Below are positions 1 through 11,117 of a stretch of DNA of 37,304 nt, piece by piece. The position numbers and the translations under genes are program-made. Below the pieces are notes generated by a model. That model was not told where the DNA came from, searched no databases, and was given only the letters and a program-made list of their open reading frames with translations. Positions within the stretch are counted from its first letter, which is position 1, and each line of letters begins with the position of its first letter. Location: contig JALAGF010001744.1 in NCBI GenBank assembly GCA_030167865.1, positions 1 through 37,304 of the forward strand, written 5' to 3'. This stretch comes from Craspedostauros australis. Its lineage: Eukaryota.

Positions 1-111
1 TTCGGTCACCGGTCAATGGGGGCATGAAGGGAAAATACCAATTTTCAGCAATTTTTCAGTGACATCATGGTATATTGCAACTGTACGAGTGGATTATTGA
101 AATATGACTCT

Positions 112-954
112 CTAGCTTTTGTCGGCGCTCACATTATCATCATCCGGGTCGCTGGTATCAGTGGGAACCACGATCGGAAGTGCAGGGAATACAACGACAT
201 CCTGGTGCTGCCGATGATGATTGGCAGGCCGTCGCTGCAGATTATGGCGTTGATGAATGTTCATAGCAAGGGCGTGTGGATGCTCGACTCTTCTACCGTT
301 GTTCGGCTGTGGTGATGGAAGTTCCGATTCTTGAATATCCATCCCTTCCGAACCATTGCTTTGAGATAATGACGCTGACGCTCGCATCTCTGCCGGATAC
401 TCATCTTCGTCGTGATGCAGGCTGGTGCTGTTTACACTGTCGCTGCTGCTGCTGTTGCTACTCTGACTGGCTTCATCCAACATGGCCTCCAATTCGGCAA
501 TGCCATTACGCAGTCGATGCACCTCGTCATGAATGGCAATAGCAATATCTGTCGCCTTCTCTTTCCTCCGACTGGCGGCATGCTCTTCGTCATCCATCTG
601 GTTGGACTCTCGTGCCGATTGTCGCAGCATGGCTTTCATCGCTTCAAAGTCCTCTCGCAGCGATGGCGGTAACACTCCATTGTTGCTGCTGCTGCTGCCA
701 TTGTCGGTTGCGTCGGCAGCATCATGGAGTATGATTGGAACAATCTGCGCTTGATTTCTTACTCCCCCTTCCAAGCCAGGTTGCTGTTGCTGCTGTTGTT
801 GCGGTTGTCGTGGTGATGGCGGACGATGGTTGGGTCTATCCGTCGCGTGGTGACCAGCGCTTACACGGCCATCTCCCCTACTTCCTTGCCGAAGGCCATG
901 CTCGTCGCTGTCATTCTCATCATCGTCGAATATTGGTGGGACAAGCAGTTGCAT
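112..954 (-). CDS. Hypothetical low-complexity protein with a short coiled coil
   Basis: Open frame 112..1092; first ATG at 954 (MQLLVPP). Poly-Q/poly-S tracts and a heptad segment DIAIAIHDEVHRLRNGIAELEAMLDEAS. No recognisable domain; start uncertain. Confidence 0.5.
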   Translation of the reverse strand: MQLLVPPIFDDDENDSDEHGLRQGSRGDGRVSAGHHATDRPNHRPPSPRQPQQQQQQQPGLEGGVRNQAQIVPIILHDAADATDNGSSSSNNGVLPPSLREDFEAMKAMLRQSARESNQMDDEEHAASRRKEKATDIAIAIHDEVHRLRNGIAELEAMLDEASQSSNSSSSDSVNSTSLHHDEDEYPAEMRASASLSQSNGSEGMDIQESELPSPQPNNGRRVEHPHALAMNIHQRHNLQRRPANHHRQHQDVVVFPALPIVVPTDTSDPDDDNVSADKS

Positions 955-2745
955 ATCGCCCTTTAACAACAAGTGTTGTTGTATGTGTGTGGGTTGGATG
1001 GTATGTGCAGATAAAGCTGTGGATTGTTCTCCTTCTTTGCGTTCATGCGATGAATGTGTATGGTATGGTTTGGTGTGAGTGTGATGATGCAAAGATCAGT
1101 GTGGAGTATCTATGTGTCTGTGCGTGTCCGCATTGACGGATCGAAGAATACGCGAGGTTGAAGTACGTCGCGAACCGATTCAATTGATGATGGATGTGTG
1201 CGAATGCGGAGTATGGGAGTTTAATTGTCGAGTGCTCTGCTCTATTCTCCTTCTGATGTGAGAGAACCTGCGTACGGATATTGAATTGGATGGCATTGAA
1301 TTGAGAAAGGTGAGTTGAGCAAGATGGGAGAGAGGTGAGGAGAAAGATGGGACCGCATTGGATCGGGGCGGTATCAGATCGTGAAACGCGCAGACGAGAC
1401 AGTTTCTGCGAGAGATCGTGTGACCATGTCCGAGCCGCTCTCCATGCACATGAGACGCACAGAAAGAGAGCGACGGCAACCAACCGGCCACGCCTCTCCA
1501 TCCATTCGTCAACAATAACCGCACCGACTATCATCGTCACCATCGCCATGGTCAACAAGCATCCACAGCATCCATCCTTTCTCAACACTCACCAATGATT
1601 TTGTGAATCTTCCGATGAACTGAACCACGTTGGAAAAAAGCCGAAAAACGTGAATCCCTCGTTGAAGTGTCCGATCTGTCTCCGGGTCTGAATTGATTCA
1701 CACGACTCACGTAGGAAAGAAGGAAACCTCGATTGCAACGCAATCACTTGTGACCGCAACAGAAAATGCTCCTCGACTTGTTTGTTTGTTGCCTGTTTGC
1801 GTGACAATGCAACAAGAGCGCAACAAGGAAGAAGGAACGAACGAAGGAAGACGACGGCCGTGTGTGTGGTAGACAAGTCGTGTTGCTCAACTCGCACCGA
1901 CAAGAGAAAGAGGAGGGGTGGATGAAAGCCTTCTTCTTTTGGAAGGTTTGGATTTGTTCCTTTCGGCGGTTGGCTCTTGTGGCGTTGTGGATGAGGACGA
2001 TGGGCGTGATGATGTTGGAGCCGTTTTCTTGTTGATGTTTGTGGTGGAACAATCTGTGTCGTTGTCGTTGTTGGTATCGTTGACGCAGCTGTTTTCACGT
2101 TTTGAGGCACGTTGCGCGTAATTTTTGTGCGTGTGTGCGCCTTGTGGTGTTGAGCATTGTGTTCGCCACGATCTTGTGTCTGCCCACGCACGATCTCGTA
2201 TGTTTTCTACGGGGAGCCGATGACGTCGAGCACGTTTTCGAAGATACTTCCAGGTGGCGATTTCGAATACTGTTTTAGTCATGGATATGTAGTCACATGA
2301 ATCGGTTCGGTCATCGGCATGATCTTTGTTGTTCATCGTCAATAGTATATTTCAATGACAATTCTACCGTATATCCCACACTTCTTGTTTTCTGTCGTTC
2401 ACATCCAAACACCACATGACCAATGAGCACCCAGGTCATCCAGCCGGATCACACTAACACGTGCACAGAGTGCACAATGGATCGCCATCGACATTGAGGA
2501 TCTGCCTGTTGAGACCTATAATATCGTAATCATACTTGCATGTATCGTATTGCGTTGTGCGGTGCTATGCTGTGTTCCTTATGCTGATTGATAGTAATGC
2601 ATGGGTAGTACTGGTGTAATAGCTACTATTAGAAGGTGGCGCGGTTCTTCGCTCCGAAGCCTCGATTGCGTCACGTGGATGATGTTGTCACCGGATGGCG
2701 TCCTTGCCTGCATCCTGACATGTATCTGTTCTGTTCCAATTTGTT

Positions 2746-3654
2746 CTATATCAGCCTGTGTTCCACATCATCTGGATCCTGCACGAACCGGGATGTGAGC
2801 GTGCCATCAAAGTCGATGCGGCAACTGTCGTACTCCCCGAATTGGTAACGATTCTGAGAAATGACCTGATAGACGGCTTCACGGATGAACGACGGCGTGA
2901 TCTGCCCCAGCTTGCCCAGGACCTGCAGAGGCACGGCGTCCAGCTCGGCGCAGATGCGCGCGACGGCGTCGGAGCTGAAGTAGGCATCGGTGGAGGATTC
3001 CATGAGGATGATGGTGGAGATATCGTACTGCGACTTGCCGATGCGAAGCAGCAGGGCCTGTCCGACCTTGGATTGCAGCGAGGCGAAGCGGAATTTGCCC
3101 GATTCGTCCTGATCCATGGCGAAGTTGATGCCGCCGTTGCACAGGTTGCAGACTCCGTCGAAGAGTATGATGGGACGCGTGTCGCCTTCGGCAAAGACCT
3201 TCGTGGACAGGGCCTGCCAATCGAAGTCGATCTCGTCTTCGTTGGGCATGATGGTGGCGCCGTTGGCATCGGTGGCGGCCGTCGCTTCATTCATCAGGTT
3301 GCTGCTGCTGCTGGCGGCCGTGGCAGGTGGTGACTCGTTCGACTCGTCGCCGCTGGACGATGTGACCGACGCTGCCACTTGCAGATAGGTGGCTCTGGAG
3401 AGCGGGGTCATGGATGTTGACGTGGACGGAGCAGCAGTTGAAGAGGAGGAGCTTCCAAACCCGCAACGCGAGAAGGGAGCAGCGGCATCCGCTGTCGTGG
3501 CTGTTGGTGGGGTGGTCGTCACGAAGGGTCTGGGTGCAACCGCGAAGGCGGCCACACCTTGGGATCCAGCTGCTGCTGCTGCTGCATTGGCGACGGATGG
3601 AGAAGCCGATGCCAGCAGAGCGGCGATGAGAAGTGTGCGCTGTGTGTCGTTCAT
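2746..3654 (-). CDS. DCC1-like thiol-disulfide oxidoreductase (DUF393 family), probably plastid-targeted
   Basis: PIILFDGVCNLCNGG (DxxCxxC), followed by the family motifs FRFASLQSKVGQ, SDAVARI and YQVISQNRYQFG. N-terminal hydrophobic signal then VAA|FAVAP and a Ser/Thr-rich transit-like region. Confidence 0.9.
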   Translation of the reverse strand: MNDTQRTLLIAALLASASPSVANAAAAAAGSQGVAAFAVAPRPFVTTTPPTATTADAAAPFSRCGFGSSSSSTAAPSTSTSMTPLSRATYLQVAASVTSSSGDESNESPPATAASSSSNLMNEATAATDANGATIMPNEDEIDFDWQALSTKVFAEGDTRPIILFDGVCNLCNGGINFAMDQDESGKFRFASLQSKVGQALLLRIGKSQYDISTIILMESSTDAYFSSDAVARICAELDAVPLQVLGKLGQITPSFIREAVYQVISQNRYQFGEYDSCRIDFDGTLTSRFVQDPDDVEHRLI

Positions 3655-4840
3655 TGTTCAAGAGTGTCTGTTGTTGCTATTGCTATTTCTATTGCTATTA
3701 ATACTGTCGCTATTGGTGCAGAGTAGTGTTGTGGCTGTCGCTAAAGTGTTCGTTCGATTGAGAACTATGGGATGGCGCGGAAAGGGGAAACGGAGAAGTT
3801 GCTGATGGCGATGGCGATGTTACTTTGTGGAACACACAAGGAGGAACTTCACTGCTCACCTTTGGTGCGGTGCGACGCAATGCGATTCTGCGCAAGACGA
3901 AGGAATGTGATGTCTGTTGCGCGTTTGGACGCGTGGGTGAGTGGGTGAGTGAGTGAGCGACGGAGAACAAAAGGGTGCTCCACAATTCCAGAAGCGCAAC
4001 ACACACAAACACGCACAAACCATGCGATCGATCAGTGTTCTCGTGGTCGGTGGTTCGGTTGCGGCTACTCTCTGTGCTCTCTTTGGTACCAAAACTGCCA
4101 ACACCCTTCGTACTTCTGCTGGAAGCATTGGCTTCGTGTCTTTCTCGTACTCGTCTTCTTTCTTGTTCGGCCAGATGCTACTCAAAAAGCATTGCCGTTT
4201 GGCGCGGTTTGCTCACCGCACTTCGGGAAGTCTCGGCGCTTGTGACGCGCTACGCCAATCATTTGCGCGATGTCACCAATCGTACACGACATGGATGCGT
4301 CTGATTGGAGAAAGAGAGTTCGCATTTTTGCATCTCGTGACGATCGGTGTCGTCTCGCAGCCAATCAGAGTTCAACGATGTCATAGAAACCCGGACGCGC
4401 GGATATTTGTCCGCCAATCGGCATGTGGTATTCACGCGAGGTTGACACCCGATCCATGGTATCGTGATGTCGTGGCTCGGTTCCAAAATGCTGGAGGGAA
4501 GTCGGCGAACCTCACATCGCTTCGACGAACTTCCGTTCCCTTTCTGCACGAGAAACGGAAAGAGATGGGAAGCCATAGTAGAGTATCGACGGAGAGTAGA
4601 CCTAATAACACTTGACCAGATGTATGGTAGCATCACCAATCACGCCTATTGTATGTCTGCATCCTAACATCTTACCGTTGCTGTCACCATACATGAAGGC
4701 GTTTCTAACCTCGTCGCTCTGTTGTCATCGCTGTCATCACCCATCATCATCATCATCACTTCTATTAAAACACAGCTGTCAACAACACGATCCAAGCAAA
4801 TACCACCACGCACGTCGCACTCCACACTCTCTGTCTGTCT

Positions 4841-6694
4841 CTATACGGCGCCGGCTGGCATCTCGTTGGAAAGGAAACAGAGGGCATCATTCTGGATCTG
4901 ATATCCGACACCTCCGGCCCCATCGCTGGCTCGAGGAATAAGCGTCAGCGTATGACAAAAGGACAAGCCGGCCTGCTGCGGCGACAAGCAGACGCCCGTC
5001 GTGATGACGAGGATACTGCCCGCCACGCTGGTCTGCTGCAGGACGCCCTTGAGCTGCACCACCATGGCTTTGAGGGATTCGAGCTGCCGGATGATGTCGA
5101 GGGGACCGGCGCAGAAGGCATGGGCCCCGCCGACCGTGATGGACTTTTGGCAGGCCAGCGGCACGAAATGGGCGGCCAGCTCCTGGATGAGGCCGCGGTT
5201 GAGGCAGGTGAAGTAGGTTTCGGAGACGACCTGCGCCAGCGTGGCGTTGGTGTTGCGCGGCAGGACGAATTGGCGCGTGCCGTTGACCCACATGAGGCCG
5301 GGTGGCGGGGATGCGGGTGTTGTCACGCCTGGTGGCGGCGGTGGCATGGATGGCAGTTGTTGTTGTTGCTGTCGTTGTGACTGTTGTGAGAGATGATGAA
5401 GGTTCCGATGAGCTTGATGCGGGTGTTGTGGTGGTGAATGATAGGCGTGTACGGGTGCAGTCGGAGGCGCATTGATGTTGCTATTGTTGGCAGTTGGTCC
5501 AGGATTGTTGTTGATGTTGACATTGGCGTTGATGTCGTTGTCAATGGACTGCCGCGAGGAGACAGATCTTTGATGTTGACTGTCAGTGAGCGACGATGCC
5601 CCGCTCTGCGATTTGTTCCAATCGGATGCAGGTGACTCCAGATGCTGCGGCGTTGGCATTTTCATCGCATCCTTGTCAATTTGTTGTTGTTGTTGCTGTT
5701 GCTGACTGCTGTCAATGGGACTCGCAGCAGCAGGAGTAGCAGTAGCAGGAGTCGCAGCAACAGCAGATTGCTCTGTGACGGATACGCGCTTTTTCTTTTT
5801 CTTCTTCTTGCCAGTTTTGGGCGATGTTATCTTGGCGACAAGATCCTTCGTCCCGTTGATGGTTGCATCGTTCGCGCTGCCAAGCGAGACTGCGAGCTTG
5901 TTGGCACCATCGTGCGTGCCAAGTGCGGTTGCAGGAGCTCCAAAGCCTGGCGGCGGCACATCCGCAGCAGGCGGCTTTTGCTGGACAAGAGATGGTCGCT
6001 TGTCGCCGCTGGCCATCTTGTGCTTGTGCTTGCCCTTCGTCTTTGGCTTCTCTTTGTCCTTGTCTCTCCCCTTGATGAGCTCCACGCCGATGCCAACGTC
6101 GTCATTGTCGCCGTCAATGGCGGGGTTGACCGTTTCGGCGGTGTCGGCCGTCATGACGGTGCTCGTGGTGCTGCTCACGGAGCTGTCGTTGCGGTTGCTC
6201 TCATGGCGATTGCCGCGATTGGTGCTGCCCCCGGTGCCTCCGCTGTCCGAAACGGGGGCCGGATGGACAGTGCCGTTGGCATCACGGCTGTTGGTGATAT
6301 CAGTGTTGATGATATCAGTGTTGACACCACTGCTGTTGGCGATATCACTGTCGATGATATCACCGCCGCCATGCCGACTGCCAGAGCCCAAGCTCGCCTG
6401 CCGATGCAGCACGAGCGACTTGCGCTGCTTCTTGAGCTCCTTCTTGCGCTCCTTGAAGAGCTCGAGGATGCGCTTCTGATCCTCCTTGCCGAATTTGGGC
6501 GTGTGCTCCAGCGTGTCGGGCAGCTTCCACACCACGCGCTTCTTGCGGCGGCGCGGAGGCAGATTGGCGTTGCTGATCTGCAGCGTGAGGATGGGCAGAT
6601 CCACGCCTTCGCGCAGGACGTCGACCTCCCACGTGGGGGCGTCCTTCAGCTGCGGCAGTGGTCGGGGATCGGAGAGGTAGTGGCGGTCTTCCAT
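4841..6694 (-). CDS. 617-aa protein with a C-terminal NTF2-like domain and a basic N-terminal domain
   Basis: The last ~130 aa match the NTF2 pattern (VVSETYFTCLN...GPLDIIRQL...QQTSVAGSILVITTG...FCHTLTLIP...YQIQNDALCFL). Long disordered linker. NLS-like RRRKKR and KKKKKKKR. Confidence 0.75.
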   Translation of the reverse strand: MEDRHYLSDPRPLPQLKDAPTWEVDVLREGVDLPILTLQISNANLPPRRRKKRVVWKLPDTLEHTPKFGKEDQKRILELFKERKKELKKQRKSLVLHRQASLGSGSRHGGGDIIDSDIANSSGVNTDIINTDITNSRDANGTVHPAPVSDSGGTGGSTNRGNRHESNRNDSSVSSTTSTVMTADTAETVNPAIDGDNDDVGIGVELIKGRDKDKEKPKTKGKHKHKMASGDKRPSLVQQKPPAADVPPPGFGAPATALGTHDGANKLAVSLGSANDATINGTKDLVAKITSPKTGKKKKKKKRVSVTEQSAVAATPATATPAAASPIDSSQQQQQQQQIDKDAMKMPTPQHLESPASDWNKSQSGASSLTDSQHQRSVSSRQSIDNDINANVNINNNPGPTANNSNINAPPTAPVHAYHSPPQHPHQAHRNLHHLSQQSQRQQQQQLPSMPPPPPGVTTPASPPPGLMWVNGTRQFVLPRNTNATLAQVVSETYFTCLNRGLIQELAAHFVPLACQKSITVGGAHAFCAGPLDIIRQLESLKAMVVQLKGVLQQTSVAGSILVITTGVCLSPQQAGLSFCHTLTLIPRASDGAGGVGYQIQNDALCFLSNEMPAGAV

Positions 6695-7471
6695 TGTAGA
6701 ATAGAGAGTAGGATATTATATAATAGAATATACTTGATTTCGGTGTAGACTTGGATCTTTGTGGTGGCTCGGTGCTTGTGTCGCTGATGGATTGCTGACT
6801 CTTGCTGACTCTTGCTGGTGGATGTGGATCTGATGTCAAGGTGAGGGGGAACGAATGAACAAGAAAATTACCCGTACATGCGCGGTGCACCACGGCAATG
6901 CGTATCGTAGCTCGCACACATACTGTTCTGGCGCGTTGTGACTGATCTGTCCCTGTTTGTTGGTTTGTCTGGGTGGACGGTCTGTCGGTCTGCTGTTTGG
7001 CTCTGGGTTTTGGTGGGCAGTTTCCTGCACGCAACTCGATACAACACGACACGACGCCACGCAAGCAAGCAAGACACAACAACAGAGTTTTTTGGGTCCG
7101 ATCTGATTTGGTGAAGGACGCGAAAAACAATGCAACAAGAACAGTTCTCACAAATCAAACAGCGCAACCGAAAAGGGCACTTCCCGAATTCGGTCTGAAA
7201 TCGCGCATCTCATAACCCAATCAAACGGCGTCATTCGGGCGATCCCAAATTCTTTCCGCACAGCTGCGCACAAACAGAATCCTGCCGTGTGCACCACAAA
7301 CAACTCTCTGCGCAAACAACCACGAAACCGCCCCTCTGTTTGGTGGTGATAGTGCCGAAATCGATGGTGTGACGAACACATCTCAAACCACCACCAGAAT
7401 TCATTCATTCCTCTTGCGCAACCAGGGCGGTGTCCAACTTGGAACGAGATCAGGTGCAAGCATCATTCACC

Positions 7472-8653
7472 ATGACTCCACAAGAAATCATCCCGGTGCC
7501 CGCGGTGGGCAATGGAAACGCCGCGGCATCCAAACACCCAAGCGAGGTGGCAGATGTCGATGCCGATGACGATGTGGCTGATCCCAAACAGCAGCAGGAG
7601 TTGCAACAGCCGGCGCAGCAGCAGACGAAGAGGGCCTTCAGCGAAGCGGGCGGCGATGAAGGGGAGTTCATCAACGGCGACACGGAACCGACGCCGTCGG
7701 GAAAGAAGCGCGGCAAGTACGTCACGTACAAGAAGTACTACAACGAGCGCCAGCAGATATACCCGTGGTTGGAGGAACCCGATCCGCGCGACATCATTCT
7801 GGCGCGTCAGCTGCTGTCCAGCGACCGCATGCCATGGGAGGGGAACATCCGCAAGAGCTGGGAGGTGCTCGTGGCCACCATGAAGCTGTACCATCCCATG
7901 CTCTTCGGGGACAACTACAGCGGCCGCAAGGCGCAGGCACGATGCATGGAGCTCATCCAGTACGCCAACCGATTCAACAAGGAGGCGTCGCTAAGGGGAG
8001 ACACCATGGATTACGGTGAGACCCTGCGCCTTTGGACCAAGGTCAGCGATCGCCATCAGCGCTTCCAGGATCAGAAGCAGGTGGGACCGTATCCGAGTTC
8101 CCAGCACGCGACGCCGACGCAGATCAAACCAGCGGCGACAACGCCGGCATCCGCCATGAGAACCACCGCGATCAACTACGCAGACGTGCCGCAGCGACAA
8201 CCCCATGCGACAGCCATCCTGCCGGCGGCACCACGACCCGCGACGAAGATGCCTGCACCCAAGATGTCCCGGACGCGCCACGCGAGTCCCAACTATGCTG
8301 CCGCGAAACCATCCTCCGACGCGACGTCGCCCTACGCAATCAAGGACGACGACGCGGAGTTCGACAGGGATCGGCCACGCACGAGTTCCATCGACGCCAA
8401 CACCGTCTCGGCTTTGACAGACGCGCTGGACGACATGAAGAAGGCATTCCAGAATCACAAGGAAGAGACGGATCGTCGGTGGGAAGAGCGCAAGGAATCG
8501 GAGGACCGGCGCTTCCAGATCCAGGAGAAGCAGATCGAGATCACGTCCAACATGGCCAAGTCCATGACCAAGACGATCGAGCAACAGCAGCACCTGCTCA
8601 ATTTGCTCATCGAGCAGCAGCAGGAACAGAAACAGAAGTCATTGAGTATATAG
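7472..8653 (+). CDS. Myb/SANT-like (Harbinger-associated/trihelix-type) DNA-binding protein with a C-terminal coiled coil
   Basis: Long ORF with coding-like codon use; ATG at 7472. Helical domain DIILARQLL..MPW..SWEVLV..SGRKAQARCMELI; C-terminal EETDRRWEERKESEDRRFQIQEKQ..QQQHLLNLL. The CDS is well supported; the family call is inference. Confidence 0.6.
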   Translation: MTPQEIIPVPAVGNGNAAASKHPSEVADVDADDDVADPKQQQELQQPAQQQTKRAFSEAGGDEGEFINGDTEPTPSGKKRGKYVTYKKYYNERQQIYPWLEEPDPRDIILARQLLSSDRMPWEGNIRKSWEVLVATMKLYHPMLFGDNYSGRKAQARCMELIQYANRFNKEASLRGDTMDYGETLRLWTKVSDRHQRFQDQKQVGPYPSSQHATPTQIKPAATTPASAMRTTAINYADVPQRQPHATAILPAAPRPATKMPAPKMSRTRHASPNYAAAKPSSDATSPYAIKDDDAEFDRDRPRTSSIDANTVSALTDALDDMKKAFQNHKEETDRRWEERKESEDRRFQIQEKQIEITSNMAKSMTKTIEQQQHLLNLLIEQQQEQKQKSLSI

Positions 8654-9133
8654 GATGGACAGCAACAATTCATTCCATAATATTGTATTGTATTATCTGA
8701 TGCATCATGAATCAACCGGGACCCAGACACACTGCAGAGTGGAGACAGCTTCTGCAATGCTTCTCTACTCTTGCTCTGCGCATTGGGTCAACGAGGTGAA
8801 TCATGAAGTGGGGTGCCCATTCTTGGTCGCCGAAGATTCGCAATTGTTGTGGCACAATTCCGAGTCGTGCGAATGACTGGAAACCATGCTGCTGACGCCG
8901 GACAGACAGTGTGAAATTCATGACAGAACGCAAACAAGAACGAAAAACGGACAAGATCTCTCCCGAAGCGCACAGAGAAACGCAACAAGAGGTCTCCCCC
9001 CACGTCTCTCGCAGTTCGCCCAGGATCCCGACATTGCCATTGCAGAGACGATTGAACGCGGTGCGGAGAGAAGATCATTGATTGATCGAAGTGCAATAAG
9101 AGACTATACTACAATACCACGAAAGACTTGACA

Positions 9134-10035
9134 ATGGCAGGAGTTCCCCAACCGACGCTTCGGACGCATCTTTCGCGTCCACCGTACGTGGATCCCACCA
9201 CGAACATCATGTACGACACGGACAACTCGGAGTACGAAGGGTGGCTGACGAAGCAATCCGTGTGGCTCAAGGTGAGTTGCAATGGATGAGATCACATGGA
9301 TAGCATTGGATGGACTTGGATGGAGTTGCATTGCATTGGTTTGGTTTGAAGTCAAGCCATGCGATGGAAACAGTGCCTGCATCCACGGAGTCATGAACAC
9401 AAACAGATCCTCAAACCTCTCGGGTTCGCCTCTTGTTTCCTTTCTCGCGCCATTCTTCGTACCCTCACACACACACACACAAACTCACACGCATGTGTGT
9501 ACCATATGTATTGCACTATCTCAAAACTGAACACACCCATGATATTGTACCACACCACCAGGACTGGCGCCGCCGCTACTTCGTCCTCAAAGGATCCAAG
9601 CTCTTCTTCTGCAAGCACGAGTACGGCACACCGCACGGCATGATCGATCTGGCGCAGTGCACGACCGTCAAAAGCGCCGACCTCAAGTCGAAGAAGCGAC
9701 ATTCCTTCGAGATTTCGACGCCCGAATTCACCTTCCTCCTCTACGCCGACACGGAACAGGAGAAGGATGATTGGATCGGCCGCGTCGGCAAGGCCATCGT
9801 GCGGTGTTCGTCGACGTACTACAGCAAGAAGTCGCCAGCCGCCGATGCGCAACCCGCGGGAATTACGCCCATGCCACCAGGTCTGACGCCGCAGCAGCAA
9901 CAGCAATTCTTCCAGCAGCAGCAGCTCATGATGATGCAGCAACAACAGCAGCAGCAGGCGGTCGACGAAGATGATGATGACGATTTCCTGTATTACAACG
10001 ATCCCAACAATCCGAATCCGTATTTCAATGATTGA
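9134..10035 (+). CDS. Small PH-domain protein, 2 exons (9134-9271, 9562-10035)
   Basis: Exon 1 ends EYEGWLTKQSVWLK at AAG|GTGAGT. Intron 9272-9561 ends CAG. Exon 2 starts DWRRRYFVLKG and contains EKDDWIGRVGKAI. The splice restores a canonical PH domain in frame. Poly-Q and acidic tail. Confidence 0.92.
9272..9561 (+). other. GT-AG spliceosomal intron (290 bp)
   Basis: GTGAGT donor and CAG acceptor; phase 0 join gives WLK|DWRRRYF. Confidence 0.9.
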
Positions 10036-11117
10036 GGTGATTTGCGGAAAGTGCGGAGGGGGACGGAAGGCAACAACGGTGCCGGTGGCCGATTGAGGAG
10101 CGATGGGCACACGAACATCTCGGGCCCACCAGCCAATGCGAAAACATGAAAGGGGAGGAGGAGGAGGATTGAATGGGAGACACGTGCAACAAGAGTATTA
10201 CACCATATAGAGTGGGAGGATGTGAATCGGCTTGAACAGGAAAGAGAACGAGATTACGCAACAGCACCATGAGGCAACGAATACATGTGAAAGTATGTTC
10301 TAGTTATTGAGCTGCAATCAAGTTGTTCGTCATCGACCCATTCAGTGGGGCTTGTACTTGTTCTTGATCCAATGATGCGCTTGCTCGCTGTTGGTCCGCG
10401 TGCGGTACGTACACGTTACCGAAGAGAATGAAGAAAGGTTGGGTTTGATCCTCACTTTGGTGTGAAACGATGTGAATAGTCGCAAGGAGGCGCTGGGACA
10501 ATCTACTCGTGCTCTCCATGGATCTCGTCCATAATGGACTTGGACGAATGGATGGTCTTGCTAAGACTGGAACAAGCTGGAGTGCGTCAATTTCTCTCTT
10601 GGCGCCAACGGTCCAATAACTTCTATGGTCGCATGACACCGCGGTATAATAATAACGCAAGACCAGCGGTTGGTCGTCAAGACCATGTCATTCACGCATG
10701 CTATACACACATGATGGTGCCTGATATCCTGCTCGAGATCCATATCCACACCTGGTTGTATTCCCTCCGATTCTGCAAGCGTTGATTTGCTTCTTTCACT
10801 AGACGCCGACTCGTCGCAGCACTTCTGCGTTGTGTTTGGGTAGGCTTGCACTTGCCCATGCACATTTAGGTCTAGAGTACGGATGCACATGTGGTCTCTT
10901 TGAAGAGTGGCAGAGAATTGCTGAGATGTAGTCCGGTAACATTGCGCAAGGAAGGCAAAGAGTGTAGTAATGGGGTCGAGAATTGAACTTTGATGTCTAC
11001 AGTATGTACGAGTATCGTGCTCGGAATGCATTACAACTACGGACACGGACGGATGCAGATCCAGAGATGGGATACCAAGAATGCATGGTACCCGATGACA
11101 GAGCGCGCCATGGCATG

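Noticed and set aside
1043-2342. Overlapping - strand ORFs of 100-200 aa
   Set aside because: No motifs; simple-sequence composition typical of UTR/intergenic DNA in this window.
3856-4640. ORFs of 220 aa (+) and 109/126 aa (-)
   Set aside because: No recognisable domain or consistent codon bias; they cannot be supported as genes.
5642-6748. 368-aa + strand ORF, and similar long antisense ORFs (12637-13884, 19474-20169, 23571-24459, 32189-33142)
   Set aside because: They lie opposite well-supported genes, have no motifs, and are the expected shadow of GC-rich codon bias.
9433-9561. ORF-track N-terminus MFPFSRH... of the PH gene
   Set aside because: It is intron sequence; the real beta-1 strand (EGWLTKQ) is in the upstream exon.
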